Positions 62,901 through 64,000 of a stretch of 64,000 nucleotides of DNA are shown piece by piece. Both the position numbers and the translations under genes were made by a program. A model generated the notes under the pieces. That model searched no databases, was not told the origin of the DNA, and saw only the letters and a program-made list of their open reading frames with translations. Position 1 is the first letter of the stretch. Each line of letters starts with the position of its first letter. The stretch is from Escherichia phage naswa: sequence record MN850595.1; one strand, 5' to 3'.

Positions 62901-63017
62901 TTATAAGTACTCCGCATCGCATTCAGGGCAATGCCAAATAAAATCGTCCAGTGCCTTGCACCAACGAAGATTGCAACGACAACCACACTTGCAAATTTTA
63001 TAAATACCTGATGACAT
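62901..63017 (-). CDS. Cys-rich mini-protein (38 aa, zinc-ribbon-like)
   Basis: ATG behind AGGAGGTG; 'CKCGCRC...CPEC' pattern; below track cutoff. Confidence 0.4.
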   Translation of the reverse strand: MSSGIYKICKCGCRCNLRWCKALDDFIWHCPECDAEYL

Positions 63018-63069
63018 ACTGCACCTCCTTAGTTAATAGCATGTTTAAGATATGCATATCTTTCTACAA

Positions 63070-64000
63070 TCATTTACCACAAATCTTCTTGTATACCTCT
63101 TCTACCGTGTCAAACACTTCAGGCCTGTAGTAGAAAAACTCAGTGCTACCGTCAAATTTTACAGGAAAGTTTATTTTATACTTGCTCAAGGCCTTATGCA
63201 CAGATTTTTCTAAATCTACCATGTTTTGAGTTGATCCGCTCCATGTTTTTACTACGTGAAGAGTGTGGACACCTGCGCCAGATTTACGAGCACTGTTAAG
63301 CACCTCATTTTTCCTCCTGTGCATTTTAACGCATACACCGATTTTCATAAGTGTTGGCACTTCTAAGTCATCAACCATAATGTAGAGTTTACCGTACTCA
63401 TGAGATAAGAATCCATTTTGTGCGCATTTACAGCAGCCACGACCACTTTTTAGGTTATTAGGTTTAGCAGACCACTTATACCTACAAATTTTGCACCTAC
63501 ATTGCACTTTTGTGTTATCATTGGCAATTTTCTCTAATATTTCTATGTCTGGGTTGGCTTTGTGGATAATTGCAGCGTGCTCCTTATGGGTTAACGCTTG
63601 ACTTTTCCCACGTCTTAAGTCATAGCACTCTGGGCAGCCGTTTCTTTGGTATAAGTGGTTTTCAGGGTATTGTTCAAACACACCGTGTTCAGGGCAAACA
63701 ATTTTTACAGGCGTTCTCATGTTCGCATATTTGACTAATGAGTAATCGTACTTGTCCCCATGAACAGCCATAGCCTCTTTTATGAACTCTTCAGTGTTCT
63801 TTTTCGCTGACCCACCACACCTTGGACAACCATGATTCTTGAAAGCATGTGCCACAGGGGTTTGCCAGAACTCACCGTGCTCAGGACAAATTATACACAC
63901 AGGTGTCTTGTTGTTTTTATACTCCACTTTGAAGTAATCATATTTGTCACCATGTATAGTCTGAGCTTTTTCTATAAACTCTTCGGTTGTTAGTCTTCTC
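63070..64000 (-). CDS. homing-endonuclease-like protein (N-terminus beyond window end)
   Basis: Reading frame open to window edge; repeated 'HGDKYDY...CPEHG.F.Q.P..H...GCP.C' modules; C-terminal 'KIG...RR..E...LEK..H..L...GSTEFF' resembles GIY-YIG/T5orf172-type domain. Confidence 0.45.
   Translation of the reverse strand, partial: RRLTTEEFIEKAQTIHGDKYDYFKVEYKNNKTPVCIICPEHGEFWQTPVAHAFKNHGCPRCGGSAKKNTEEFIKEAMAVHGDKYDYSLVKYANMRTPVKIVCPEHGVFEQYPENHLYQRNGCPECYDLRRGKSQALTHKEHAAIIHKANPDIEILEKIANDNTKVQCRCKICRYKWSAKPNNLKSGRGCCKCAQNGFLSHEYGKLYIMVDDLEVPTLMKIGVCVKMHRRKNEVLNSARKSGAGVHTLHVVKTWSGSTQNMVDLEKSVHKALSKYKINFPVKFDGSTEFFYYRPEVFDTVEEVYKKICGK

Overview
This window reads as the early, replication and nucleotide-metabolism part of a large virulent tailed phage (Caudoviricetes); no capsid, portal, terminase or tail genes were recognised. 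All calls rest on motif reading by eye, with no database searches. Layout: a minus-strand block (1-6656), a long plus-strand arm (6733-44349) and a minus-strand arm (46849-64000) that converge on a ~2.5 kb repeat-rich non-coding region (44400-46850). Recognisable genes include a family A DNA polymerase, a primase-helicase, an SSB with a DDDIPF tail, a Dda/RecD-like helicase, an rIIA-like GHKL ATPase, a MoxR-like ATPase opposite a metallopeptidase-VWA protein, three DNA methyltransferases of different classes, a macro-domain protein, an HPF (ribosome hibernation factor) homologue, PhoH, a ClpP-like protease, NrdG and a homing-endonuclease-like gene. The most unusual part is 32.5-44.4 kb: a ~1 kb repeat-rich non-coding region followed by at least 15 cassettes of near-consensus sigma70-like promoter, GC-rich 5' stem-loop, CA-rich leader and small ORF, several with the -35 hexamer inside a palindrome. 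Many small ORFs belong to paralogous families. No tRNA or CRISPR array was recognised by eye.
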